Assembly (NCBI GenBank): GCA_030770535.1
Contig: JASVEC010000185.1
Coordinates: forward strand, 1-34,755
DNA: 34,755 nucleotides
Direction: 5' to 3'
Origin: Batkoa obscura
Taxonomy: Eukaryota
Positions within the stretch are counted from its first letter, which is position 1; each line of letters begins with the position of its first letter. The position numbers and the translations under genes were made by a program. The notes beneath the pieces were generated by a model, which made no database searches, had not been told where the DNA came from, and worked only from the letters and a program-made list of their open reading frames with translations. This document shows, one piece after another, positions 22,116-34,755 of the stretch.

Positions 22116-23736
22116 CTTTATTAATCAAACCTCTTCTATATAAATTACAATTCAATTCAATTCATATATGTTTGGTAACTTTACAAAATTACAAATTGAG
22201 TTCCTATATTTTCTACGTAAAAGAGGAACCCATTTGGTTAATATATTATGATTTTAATATAAAGACGTCAATTATTATATAAAGGATTTTTAATTTTAAC
22301 AAAATATAAGCAACTTATATAAGCTATTACAAATTCACTTAATTATTTTTTGTATTATCAAAAGAGCTAAAAATCATCAGGTGGTTCATTAACAGCTATA
22401 AATAAAAATATATTAATAAAACAGGGAAATAATCTATAAGGAAAGAAGGTTTCTTGTATTATAATTATCAATGAATCAAGTTTTGATCTTCAGTATCTTA
22501 CTGGGTTTAGTAAACTTCAATTTCATAAAGGATAAAGGATAAAGCATTATAGTGGCTAAAAATATATTAGTAAAAGAAAGTTTTGAGGATGTAACAGATA
22601 TCTCAGAGGCCAGAGAGAGAATAAATAAGTAATGATAGAGGTATAAAAATTTAAACGAAAAGGTCAGTTTAATAAAAAATACAAAAGATTTATAAGGATT
22701 TGATGTAGGTTATAGATAAAGATAAGTCTCAGAATATTGGTAATGAGTTCACTTAATTTATTATAACGAAAAGGTTAGATGTAATAAAGAGTGATTTTTA
22801 AAATAGGTATATAGAAATTATAAATTAATAATAGGGATAATGTATTTATAAACAACGTAATAAGTAAGTTAAAAGTTATGAATCTAAGTGTTTTTGGCAA
22901 AATTGATGATTTTAAACTAAAAAAATAGTTTAATAAACATCCTAGTGTAATATCTATTTTTCATATAGTTTTATAGAGTATGTCACTTTAAATTTTAAAT
23001 TTTTAGTAAATGTATTATGGTAAGATAGTAATCATATGAAACACTAAACAATCTTTTTTAATTTAGGTATATCAGTAATATCAAAAAATACTTTACCAAT
23101 CTAATATACAAAACTTAATAATTTAATGTAAATGTATTATTTTTAAGCTTTATATAGATCTATTATTCAAATCTAATACTACAAGTTCTAACATCATTAT
23201 TTTTAACTTACATTTATCTTATCAAGTACAATAATTAGCCTTAAATAGCGCCTCTTTCAGTTCTATAAGATTTCACTTTATTTTTAATAAGTATTATAAA
23301 ATAGTCTGTTTCAAATTTTGAATCATTTTTTAAACTTAATACCTTATTTCATCAAAACAAGACACTTAAATAATTTTATACTAAATGAATTGATATTTTA
23401 GAATAATAATTAATAAAAATAATAAAAATAAGTATCCTATTTCATGGTGATTGAAGTGCTTCATGTAAAAAGTTATAAGGTATTGGTCATTAAAAATTTT
23501 GAATTTTAATGAAATAGTTTGATATGAATATAATATATAATATAACTATAATTATATATATGCTAATACAACAGAATATTAATGATTAGTTAATGACATC
23601 GTTATTAAATAGTATATTTATTATATATACATATATCCCATTTTAACAATAATCAATTTTTTAAAAAAAGATAGGTGTTTATATTAAGTTTATTTAAAAA
23701 AATGTAATAAAGAAAAGTAAAATTAAGAATAGTTGA

Positions 23737-24421
23737 TCAATACCAAGTTTTATAAACGAAAGCTCTAAAAGAGAGAAGGCCAACAGCTAAAATAATTGCC
23801 CAAGAATATAAATTCCAATAAGGAATTTCTGTTTGAATCAAGTATTCAAATCTTATAATAGCTGGTGTTAAACAACCACCAAAAAATACAATATGATTCC
23901 AAAATAGATGTTTCGTTACATTCTTCTTACGTATATAATAAATAGCTAAACATTGGGCAATAACTTGTAAAGTACCACCAATACTTACAGCAATAGGGAA
24001 AAAAGCTACCCCTTCAAATCTTTCATACCATGCGGTAACTAACCCAATAATTGTTGATGAGATACCAAAGATGAAGCTTAATCTACCTAACCAAATATGC
24101 ATTTTTCTATAAATTGGGCCATGAGATGGGGTATGTAAAAAATTAATCATACATATAATTGTAATTAATGATGCATTAAGTAAATGAATTATAAAACAGG
24201 GTCCTATTCCTTTAAAAAAATAAGGAATACCATGTACAAATATAAACCAAAAACCTAAACTTATCCCTAGTAATAACCAGATATTGAAATTAATTTTCCA
24301 AATCGCTCTGTTAATATTGTCTTCTTTGATTCTAATATATATTTTTTATTAATAAATGATATTAATAAATAAGATAAATAGGTAGATAGAGATAGACTTA
24401 CAAATTAGCTTCTGCGTTCAT
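23737..24421 (-). CDS. Uncharacterised ~204-aa multi-pass membrane protein, DUF2306/cytochrome b561-like (exons 24421-24402, 24331-23737)
   Basis: A short ATG exon plus a GTAAGT...TTAG intron extends the ORF. About 6 hydrophobic helices; HIWLGR and KHLFWNH motifs. Confidence 0.65.
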
Positions 24422-25536
24422 TATTTTTATTTTTATTTTTTTGGCTCACTTTGTCTATATATACTATCTCAACTGCATGTTTATAATTTCAATCTATCTC
24501 AAACATAAACTAATAAGAAGGATTGAATTTCTATTCTTACTATTTACTCCATAATATACAATTCTAATTAATGTTTAAAGGGTATTTAATTATAGCGCTT
24601 CTAAGTTTAAAAGAAGCTTTTATTAATTAATAATGCCGCATTTACTAAAGTTGGTCAAAGGCATTTTAAACTAAAATAAAAAAACCGAAGTTCTTGTAAA
24701 AAATAATACCATTTTCATTTTATGATTATCATAGTAAAAGATTATCTTTTTGTGAGTTTAAATTTTATTGTTCAAGACCAAAAGTTTCTAATTCGATTCT
24801 TGTTTTTAGTTTTACTTTTTAATTTGCAATAATTTTCAATAAAATTTATCTTTTAGTATTCTCATTTTATAGAATAGGTTAGTTTTCTATTCGTTCACTT
24901 CATAACTCGACTATTTATAATAATGTTATAAATTCAATTATGCTATTACAACAGTATAAAGTCAACACAGTTATACAGAAGTTGATATAAAAATTAAGTA
25001 ATAGGTTATTTATTTTAATAATAAAATCCTAATAAAATATTTCTTAATTTTCAATTAAAATTTCTAATTAGACCCTAATTAAGAATTAACGAAAGTAATA
25101 ATCAAATTAGATTCGTGCTTTCTGACTGTTTAAAATATGTGTGAGGTTTAAAAGTAAATAAAACTAATTTATTTATTTTTATCTCTTAATTACTGAATAA
25201 AACCAAATTAGAATCTTTTGATACATTATAAATTGCATAAACACAGCAGTTAAGATGCTTTTATGCAATTATTATTGATTTTTATATAACAAAACAAAAC
25301 AAAACTCATTAGTTAAATATTGAAACAAAGAAAGGCATTTGCATTTATACATATTTTATTTAAAAATTTAAGTTTATTAAAATGATCAAAACAAAATTCA
25401 AAGTAAAGCAAGCCACTTTTAATCACAAATTAATCAATTTCTTTAAATTTAGTAGTCATCTCTTTAATTGGCTGACACAAGAATTTTAAAAAATATCAAC
25501 AATTCAAAAAAGTTCTTTTTATTTAATTTAAATATA

Positions 25537-27023
25537 ATGTGGCAAAAAATATTTGGTAGTCAGGATAAAAAAGAAGAATACAAAGATTCAGTAAATAAAG
25601 TGAAGTAAATTTAAAATTAATAAATAATAAATAATAAATAATAAATAATAACAAACAATAAATAATAAATAAAATTAATTTTAATGAATTAGATTTGAAC
25701 CTCCCAAAGTTTCACAAGAAGAATTTCGATTTTTAATTTGTATGGATTTAGGAGATAAAAATAAAGTGACTTTATATGATAGTGAATTATATGAAAAGTA
25801 AACTAATTTATATTTATAATATATAATATATAATATATAATATATAATAAATTTAATAATTTAACTTTATTATATTAATTAGTCCAGAGCCAATGGATCA
25901 AATACCAGTAAGTTAATGCATTATAAAACCAAAAGTAAGTTAATTAACCACTCAAATCAAATTAAAGCGTAGAGTTAGTAACTTAGGTATTATTGGGGAT
26001 ATGATGTTTGGTACAGTACCTATGGCCTTTAAAGGGACAACAACTAAATTACATCCTATCAATGGCAATGTACAACAATTATTAATTACTATATTATTTT
26101 CATTAAATGCAAATAATGCTATAACTATGAGTAATAAATTTATATATAATAATAAAGAAGGAAAGAAAAAAAGAAAGAAAGGATTAATATTTAAATAATT
26201 TTTATTTATAGATAATACAGAGAGTGAAAAAAAAGGATTAACAATACCATTAAAAAAAGAGAATAGTATTAATGAAGATAAATTATCCGATAACGATAGT
26301 ATAACTAATTCAGAGCATTTATCAATGAATAATTCATTAGCCAGTTCATTATCTTCTTTTCATAATGTTCATTTAGATAGAAGATTAAAAAAAACAAACA
26401 TGACTTCAATTGATCAAGGACGATTTTTACCATCTACTTTACCAGGTGAAAAAAATCAAGAGAATGTAAGTTATTATCTTATTAATTCTATAATAATAAT
26501 ATTTTTATTTATTATTAAGGTCAATTTAGAAGGTAAAAGTAAAACAATAATATTTTCAATTGGATTATTAATTAATATTGGTAATAATCGAATTTTAAAT
26601 GAATTTATTTATTCTCATTATTCATTAATTGAAATCAAATTATATCAATTATTTAATTATATTAAATATAATTTAAGTTTACAATGTTTGAATAATTTTA
26701 AATTAAAAACTTCAATTAAATTGGATCATTCAATATTAGATGAAATTCATTTAAAAGTTAAAAAATTTAAGTTAGATTTTATTAATTTATATTCAATGGA
26801 CAGAATTCAAGTAAGTAAAAATTATTATTTAATATATTCATATTTAATATATTACATTTATATAGAATCCATTATGGTTAAATATGCAATCTTTTCCAGA
26901 AAAAAAACAAGATTATACTAATTGTTTATTACAATCTCTATCTTTTCTAATTACTAATTATGATTTAAAATCGTATAATTTGTAAGTTTTTATTCTATTT
27001 ATTATTATAAAATATCATAATTA

Positions 27024-27054
<31 letters not shown>

Positions 27055-27645
27055 TAATTTATTATTATTGTTATTATTTAGTTTTATTTCATCCTTAATT
27101 ACAGCTGTTTTATCTACTCATTTATCTTGGGTACCTATTGTACCATCTGAGTTTTATAAAGTAAAGTTTTATTTTATTTTATTTTATTTTATTTAATAAA
27201 ATAATAATATTAATTATTCTATTTAATAGGGTCAAAATCCAAGTTTAAAATTAAGCTACAATCCTTTATGGGCTCAATTATAGTAAATTAGAATTTACTT
27301 TAATCACTTATAATTCTGTTAACTTAAACCTCTTTTTTAGTGATTTATATGGTTGTATTGGAATATATAATAAATTAAGTCGAACAATTTTAATGGGCAA
27401 AAATGATAAATTAATGGATCAATTATTATTTTTATTAACTTATTTTATACGGTGTAATGATATTATTATTAAATCTGAAAAATGTCAATTTGATCAAATT
27501 GCTAAAAATATTCATGATATTATGGATTTAAATAAAGAAAAAGGTAATAAATATTTTATTCTTGTTTTTAATTTATATAAAGTTAAATTAAATTAATTAT
27601 ATATTTTAGATGAAAATAAAGAAAATAAAGAAAATGGAGAAAGTG

Positions 27646-27700
<55 letters not shown>

Positions 27701-28582
27701 TGAAAGTGAAAAAGAAAAGGATTTAAATATTAAACAATCTAATAGTTATGAGAGTACTACTACAGATAGTAAAAGTAATTATACTGACACTATTAATCCT
27801 TTTCAATATAATAGTGAATTTATTCAATTAAATAATATGATTGAAACACTTGTATATCCTACTATAGAAACATCGGATATTCACTTTTTATTTTCAAAAT
27901 GTTACGCACGATCATTATTATGTAATTATCATTCACATTATTTATCTGATCCTGTATTATTTGGTATGCCAAATGATATCAAAAATATAGAATTAATTCA
28001 ATTAGACTTATTAAATTCATTGAAATTCCCAATTGATGAACATTTATCTCAAGCTAATTGTGTTGTAGCGGATACTACTAATTTTCAAGTAAATTTATTG
28101 GGATGTGAATTAAGGTAATAATAATAATAATAATCCTTTTTAAATCCTTTTTAAATTCTTTTTAAATTAATGCAAGTTCTAATACTTATTTTAATTCTAG
28201 TGAAGTTGAGAATACCCCAAAATTTCATACAAAATTAATTCAACCAAGTCAACATATCTTAGAAACATTACAAGAAACTTATCAATTATTTAAATTTGGT
28301 ATGTCATCCGAATCTTGTACTCAATATTTAGAAGATCGTTTACGTCAATTACATTATAAATCTTTATTATTAGCTTCTTTATTAAGATCTAATTCTATTG
28401 ATTTTAATTTAATTAATAATTTATCTAAAACTTTAAAGTAAGTTAATAATAATTTAATTTATTTATTTATATTAATATATTTTTAATTTTATATAATTCT
28501 CAGCTGTCATGAATCTGATTTACCAATCATTGTTTCTATAACAAAAACATATGATCCATTAGCTAATCATTTACCATGGTGA
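25537..28582 (+). CDS. FNIP: Folliculin-interacting protein (FNIP1/2, Lst4), multi-exon
   Basis: FRFLICMD...LYDS, GDMMFGTVPMAFKGTTTKLH, LITAVLSTHLSWV, YNPLWAQL, DLYGCIG, LTYFIRC, ANCVVADT, LEDRLRQL..KS. Stop TGA 28580-28582. Confidence 0.9.
27648..27698 (+). repeat. (AAT)17 microsatellite encoding poly-Asn in an FNIP exon
   Basis: Perfect AAT array, in frame after ...GESD. Confidence 0.9.
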
Positions 28583-28606
28583 TTAAAAAAAACATTTTAA
28601 TTTTTT

Positions 28607-31567
28607 TTAATTTTGTAAATTGGAAGGTGAAGAACGTTCTCTTATAATAGGTAATGCTAACATACGACGAAAGTTTGTACCAATAGATTTATCTTGAGAA
28701 GAATCTAAAGAATTTCTTTTAATATCTAAATTGAATCCCAATCTCGATTGTAATTCTTGTCGTAATAAGTCTTGATCTTTTCGTTTAATATTCTAATTTA
28801 AATAATTTTATTAGTATATGAATTAAAATTAATTTTATTTTAACTTTAGTTTAATATTATAAATAAAATAGAATTTAAATTTAAATCCTATTATTATTAT
28901 TTATATTTTAAAATGTTTAATTTGAACTTACTTTAACTTCCATAACTCTTAAAAAAAATGGAAATTGAGGTTCCGTTGCAATTTCTAATAATAAATCCAT
29001 AAATTTTTGAACTTTTATTGAATCTTTGATATCTTCTTCGTTTAATGGAAATTGAATTAAATTTAAATATTTTTTGATTTTTTGATTATATAATTCATTA
29101 TTACGTTTTTTAAAACTAGAAATTAAAATAATAAAAGATTGTTAAGTCACTTAGATTAGTATTAGTTTTTTCTATTATTAAATAAAAACTTACTTTTGTA
29201 TTAATATATTATTTTCATTAGTTTCAAATGTTATCATTTCATTGAATTTATTCATTAATTTATCTCCATCCTCTAATAACTTTATAAAAATAAAACAAAA
29301 ATAAAATAAAATAAAATAAAATCTTTACTTGTCTAATAGCAAATTCATTTAATCTCTTCAATCTGAAAATAGCTTCCATCCATTTAATAATAAAACTCCT
29401 ATGATAAAAAAATTAATATTATTAATTCTAATTTTCAACTTCTTTTTTTTCTTCTTCTTTTCTATTATCTATTTCTTATTTTACTTACTCAACAAATCGA
29501 TTACAAAAAGCATGGTAATAACTTGAATAGTTTAATTCTTTTTTTAAATTATTATTAAGTAATTTAATAACATTTAAAAAATGAGTTAAATATTCTGGAT
29601 ACGATGATAAATGACTCCATGTCCCCCACATCATTTTAGAAAATTGCAAATACCCTGCTTCCATTAATTGCTGCCCTCCTTTAACTATTGTATTGAGGAT
29701 ATGACTTAAATATCTAAAATAAGTTATTATTATTATTATTATTATGAAATTATTTGGTCATTAATGTAATATAATAGGATAGAATAACTTACTGATTATA
29801 TAATTCCATTTCCTTTTCAAAATCAATTTTTTCGAAATAAGTTTCATCTAATGTTTGTTCTAATTTTTCTTGTAATGGTAACATAGAATCTAAGCAATAT
29901 TTAGTTGAATTTAATACATGACATTGAAACTTCAATTCTTCTTCTGTTGTTATTTTTTTATCAAAACTAAAAAGTAATAATTAATAATTAAATTGAATTA
30001 AACTTTTATTATTAATTAAGTATACAATAGTCTTACTTTTTTAATACTAAATTTAAATATTGTTGAAAATATTGTTGAAATAATTTAGCTAATAATATCA
30101 GACATTTACCCCCATTTACTTTTGATAATGTATTCAGTGCTTCTTGATATTTCAATAATAAATGAGTACTAGATTTAAATACAATTACTTGAGAATCCTC
30201 ATCAATTTCAACATTATTTTGACTTTCTATAATGAATTGATGTAATTCTTCCTGTTCTTTATCAATAAATCGATTTAAATAAGGTTCAAAATAACAAGAA
30301 ATAAATCCTTGAAATGGGATAGCATCAGGTCTATTTTTAACTTGAAATTTAAGATCTAATTGTTGTTCAAATTGAATTGTTAATAATAAAACTTTAATCA
30401 TTAAGTTGATATCTTGATTTAATTCTAATTGATCTGTTAATTGAGTACTTGTAATTTCACAATATCTTTTACAAACTAATTCATTAAGGTACCAATGTTG
30501 AGGAAAGAATTGAGAGTGTTGATTATCATATTCTGATAAATAAATTTTTAACCAATTAAATCTTCTTTTTATATATTCTAATTCACTTAATTCTTCATTT
30601 GATTGAAATAATTGAATATATTCATTAATTTGTAAATTAACATAATATTCTATTATCATTTTTTTCCCTTGTGTATGAATATAATCGATCATATTACATG
30701 CTTGTTTTAACCAAATATTATCTTTATTTTTTAATTTTCCATTACTATCAAAACTTTGTTTAAAATCTTCATATATAATTAACATTAATTTATCTTGTAA
30801 TTGATGAATGACTTCTCCTAATTCATAAATTGGACGTATCTTTTTAAAAGTTTGAAAATTTAAAAATAATTCAATAACAGCCTAAAAAAATAAGATTAAT
30901 TTTATAATATTCTAAATTAATTATTGAAAATAATAATTACCTGCATCAAATGCCCTGAAGTTTCGTAGTCTTTAAATTCAATACTTTGTTTTAATTTATC
31001 TACTGCAGATACTATATTTTATAAATATTGATATTAATCCTCATAAAAAAAATCAAGTTGAATTTAACTACCTAACATCTGTAACCTTTTAGAAAAAGTA
31101 ATACAAGCAATGATATTTTTTTTAGCCAAATCCAAACCTTTAATACCTTCAGTAACTTGTCTGACACTTAATTCTGCAACCTCAGAAGAGTTTCGTAAAT
31201 ATTGAATTTTTTCTATTAACAACTAGTAGGAAATAATAATAATAAGATAAATGTTATGTTTATTATATAAATGAATTTATATTCCGACTTACTTTTGTTT
31301 CCTTTTCTCCCTTTAGCATTTTTAATTTGTGATCTTGTGCTAATTCTAATTGTTTAATTAATAAACTTTGTAACTCTTTATCCACTGATTTTAATTTCAT
31401 ATGGATATTATATTCCATTAAATCTAATTGAGATAAATCCGATTCTATTTTTATATCAAAAAAGTATTAGTATCTTTTTATTATTATTATTATTATTATT
31501 ATTTACCATCTTCAATCAATTCATTGATAAACTCATATTCATTAAAATCATTAGCATCTATATTCAT
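28607..31567 (-). CDS. VPS53: GARP complex subunit Vps53, multi-exon
   Basis: DFNEYEFINEL, V..VTEGIKGLDLAKKNI..ITFLKRLQML, RRFNWLK, FFPQHW, TIQFEQQL, FQGFIS..FEPYL, VFKSST.L...Y. Stop TAA 28609-28607. Confidence 0.9.
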
Positions 31568-31800
31568 CTCAGATTTTATTTTTATAATTTAAAAAAATAA
31601 AATTTAATTTTTTAAAAAACAACGCTATTTTAATTTATTCTAAGCCACCAAGGAATTCTACCAATAAACTAAACTTCCTTCAATTTACCAATGATGTAGA
31701 CAAATTGAAAATTTTCGGTTCTGAATAACGTAATAAATAATATAAAAGCGATATTTGAACTGCAAAAAAAGGTATTTCAATTTGTCTCAATTCTAAGATC

Positions 31801-33131
31801 ATGCTATTAAAACAACTTCATCTCACTAGATTCAATTCTTTCTATCAATTAATTCGAAATTATACAAGTAACTTCACCAATTTTATTTATAGAACCTAAT
31901 CCTCTAATAATTCTCTTATTAGCTTATAAACATGACAACATAAACAAAATCATATCACTAACACTCCCCAATGCAGCTGTGAAACAGCTAGATTATTATT
32001 GGTTACGAGATAATTGTACTTGTCCTCAATGTATTGATCCAAGTAGTACTCAAAAGTTACATTCTAGTGGAGAAATTAATTTGGATTTAAAATTAAAAGA
32101 TATGAAAGTTGAACAAAATCAATTAAAATTATTATGGGAAAAAAATTCATTAATAAATGAAGTAGAGGAGGAATTAAAAAAGGGAAAGCTTGAAGAAGGT
32201 CATAAAACTGTTTATGATTTGAAGGATTTAACTGGTGAAATCGAACCCTTATTAAGTGTTCCTATTAAAATTTGGGATGATACAATCCATTTAAAAAACA
32301 TAACATTTGATTATCAACACTACCTCAAAGACCCTAAATTACCACTTTTAAATTTATATAAATATGGTATAGTCTTATTAAATAATGTAGAATCTGGAGA
32401 AAATATAGTGAATAAGATAGGAGAAAAAATAGGACCTATTATGAGTACTTTTTATGGTACTAATTGGCATGTAAAAAGTGTAACTAAGCCTAATAATATA
32501 GCTTATACTGGGTTAAAGCTGAATTTTCATATGGATTTATTGTAAGTATTATTATTATTATTATTCAATTTTTATTTTTGTTTATATCATATTAATTTTA
32601 TATTATAATGATAGATATTTTGAATCCCCACCAGGCATTCAACTATTAAATTGTCTTGAAAATGAAGCTACTGGAGGTAATAGTTTATTTTTAGATGGGC
32701 TAAAAATTCTATCTGATTTAAAACATCAATTCCCAGAATATTACAATATATTACAACAAACTCTAGTAACTTACAAATATAATAATGATGGTCATCATAT
32801 GATTTTTAAACGACCTATTATAGAAGAAAATCATAACTTTAATTCATCACCCAATTTCAATTATGCTCCACCCTTTATGGGTAAACTGGATCTAGTCAAT
32901 ATTAATCAATGTCAATTATTTTATAAAGCAATGAGTAAATTAGATGAATTAATATCCCAAAATCAAATTTTATTAAATTTTAAATTAAATAAAAATACTT
33001 GTGTACTATTTAATAATCGACGTTTATTACATGCAAGAGAAAAATTCGAAACTTCAGGTAATCGACACTTTAATGGCACTTATGTAGGTTTGGATCCCTT
33101 TTTAGATACTATTCGTAAACTGATTAAATAA
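31801..33131 (+). CDS. Mitochondrial TauD-family gamma-butyrobetaine dioxygenase/Aim17-like (exons 31801-31867, 31923-32541, 32615-33131)
   Basis: Basic N-terminal presequence, WLRDNCTCPQC (DUF971), NIAYT, HMDLLYFESPPG (HxD), FNNRRLLHAR. Confidence 0.9.
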
Positions 33132-33233
33132 TTATTAAATTAATTGAGTTTTAAAGTTTAAAGTTTGTTACTTTTATTTTGATTATTACTATTATTATAT
33201 TTATTTGTTTTATTTATTTACTTATTACTATTT

Positions 33234-34475
33234 TTATTTCATTTTTTTCAATTCTTCGATCGCTTTTAATAAAAATTCAATAGCATGATCCGGTTCATTG
33301 TAAGTTAAACTACTTAATGCATTTTTAATCAACTTCTTTCCTTCAGTTTCTGCTTCTTGTTTTCGATTGATATCATCATAGTTAATTTCATTAGCTATCG
33401 TATCTCTATTATAACTATTATAACTATTATTATTATTAATTATAGATTGTTGATTAAAATTAGGAGTTTGTTGTTCATTATTAATTTCTTTAAAAGCCTT
33501 ATTGTCATTACTAAAGCTAAGCTTAGTCTGTTGTTCGTTTGAATCCAAACCATTTTCTTCCGATTTAGTAATTGGACTAATAGGTGGATATTGTTGTGAT
33601 AAATTGCTCCATTCATTAGGTGGCTCGATTGGTGTATGCTCATTTGGTGGAATATACGCTTCTTCTCCTAATTAATAAGTGGAAATATAAAAACATTTAA
33701 AAAAATTTATATTAAATTCAATTTACCTTTATTCTTTATACCTTCTTTCATTAATTTATTCACTTGTACTGCTTTGTACTTACAATATGTCATCTTTTCT
33801 TCTAGCTTAAAACAAGTATTAGTTAATTTTATATAAAAAATAACCTAGTTTTTCTATTGATTGTTCCTTACCTCTGGATCTTTTTCTCCACAAGTAATAA
33901 TTAGTATTTCTAAAAAATTACCAGCAGCTAAATAAGCCATAGAGGTTTTACTAATTTATTATTAAATCTTTTTTAGAAATATCATATACATAAATCGACT
34001 TACGCATCATAAGCTTTTTGATGAAATCCATTCTCTGCTTTTTGAAACGCTTGATCTATTACTTTCTGTAATTGTAATTTAGCTTCATCATCATTGACTA
34101 AATATCCTTTTTTTAATAATAACTCTTTTTCCTAATAAAAATAAATTATTTGATTCTGTTGAACTTGACATCAGTTTTTATTCCATTTGATGCTTTTTAT
34201 TACTTTAAAATATTTCACTTACTTTCTCTGCCCTATCCATTAAATTACTTAAATAAAGTTTACTATCATCTTGCATTAAATTTAATCCCATTGACTTATT
34301 AATCCCATGTAACAAACCTAAATACAGAAAATTGTTTTATTATTAAATGATAATTAATAGTTAATTGAATTGATTATCACTTACAATAATAAGATACCAA
34401 GGGTAACTTCCCTTTAACCTCCTTTGATCTTGTTAAAAATTGATTGATACTCTTTAATTCTACAGGTAAATTCAT
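33234..34475 (-). CDS. VTA1: Vps4 activator Vta1/LIP5, multi-exon
   Basis: N-terminus MNLPVELKSINQFLTRSKE...VSYYC (MIT-like). C-terminal VSL-like KNALSSLTY.E...AIEFL.KA.EEL. Confidence 0.85.
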
Positions 34476-34755
34476 ATAGTTTTATATTTACTTAATTACT
34501 AATCAAAAAAGCTCAATTTATTTGGTTTACTAAAAGTTTGATTTTGTTTTTTAAAAATAATGTCCAATAAAGGAAAAGATAGCATAACCAATAAACGGAC
34601 ACCAAGTAAAAAGGATGGATAGTAAACTAGACAAGGGGAAGCTAGAAAGTGCAAGGACTTTACTCTTACAATTTAACTAATACTGATATATTTTTATTAT
34701 CCCTCAATATTATAAAAAAAATTAAACTCTTGATTTTAAAGAGATTCTAGACTCC

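Noticed and set aside
22380..22800. Purine-rich stretch with IINESSF resembling an IS630/Tc1 DES motif
   Set aside because: Many stops and no further motifs or TIRs found. Not supportable without a search.
25537..34475. Endolysosomal gene cluster (FNIP, VPS53, VTA1)
   Set aside because: The genes belong to different complexes and are interrupted by a mitochondrial enzyme; likely coincidence.
34560..34755. Possible first exon of a gene divergent from VTA1 (MSNKGKDSITNKRTP)
   Set aside because: Too short, at the window edge, with no recognisable homology.

Overview
Very AT-rich eukaryotic DNA with short (mostly ~40-100 nt) GT-AG introns. It is most likely an early-diverging fungus; Zoopagomycota/Entomophthorales-like is an inference only. 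The window has two compartments. The left part (1-17.2 kb) is gene-sparse. It holds intronless MFS transporters, a secreted GMC oxidoreductase, a decayed Ayr1-like SDR pseudogene missed by the ORF track, a disrupted siderophore transporter, and 10 copies of a ~98-bp MITE with GGGGATGT...ACATCCCC ends and 4-bp AWNT target-site duplications (Sola-like). The right part (17.5-34.5 kb) has no recognisable MITE copy and carries mostly intron-containing housekeeping genes: MsrA, COA4, HNT2/FHIT (with a 5-nt microexon), SLC35F, Yra1/ALY, a His-rich membrane protein, FNIP/Lst4, VPS53, a BBOX/Aim17-like dioxygenase and VTA1. Some are packed extremely tightly, with 46- and 82-nt co-directional gaps and a 24-nt convergent gap. 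A latent in-frame splice could fuse HNT2 to SLC35F. No tRNA, rRNA or CRISPR was recognised.
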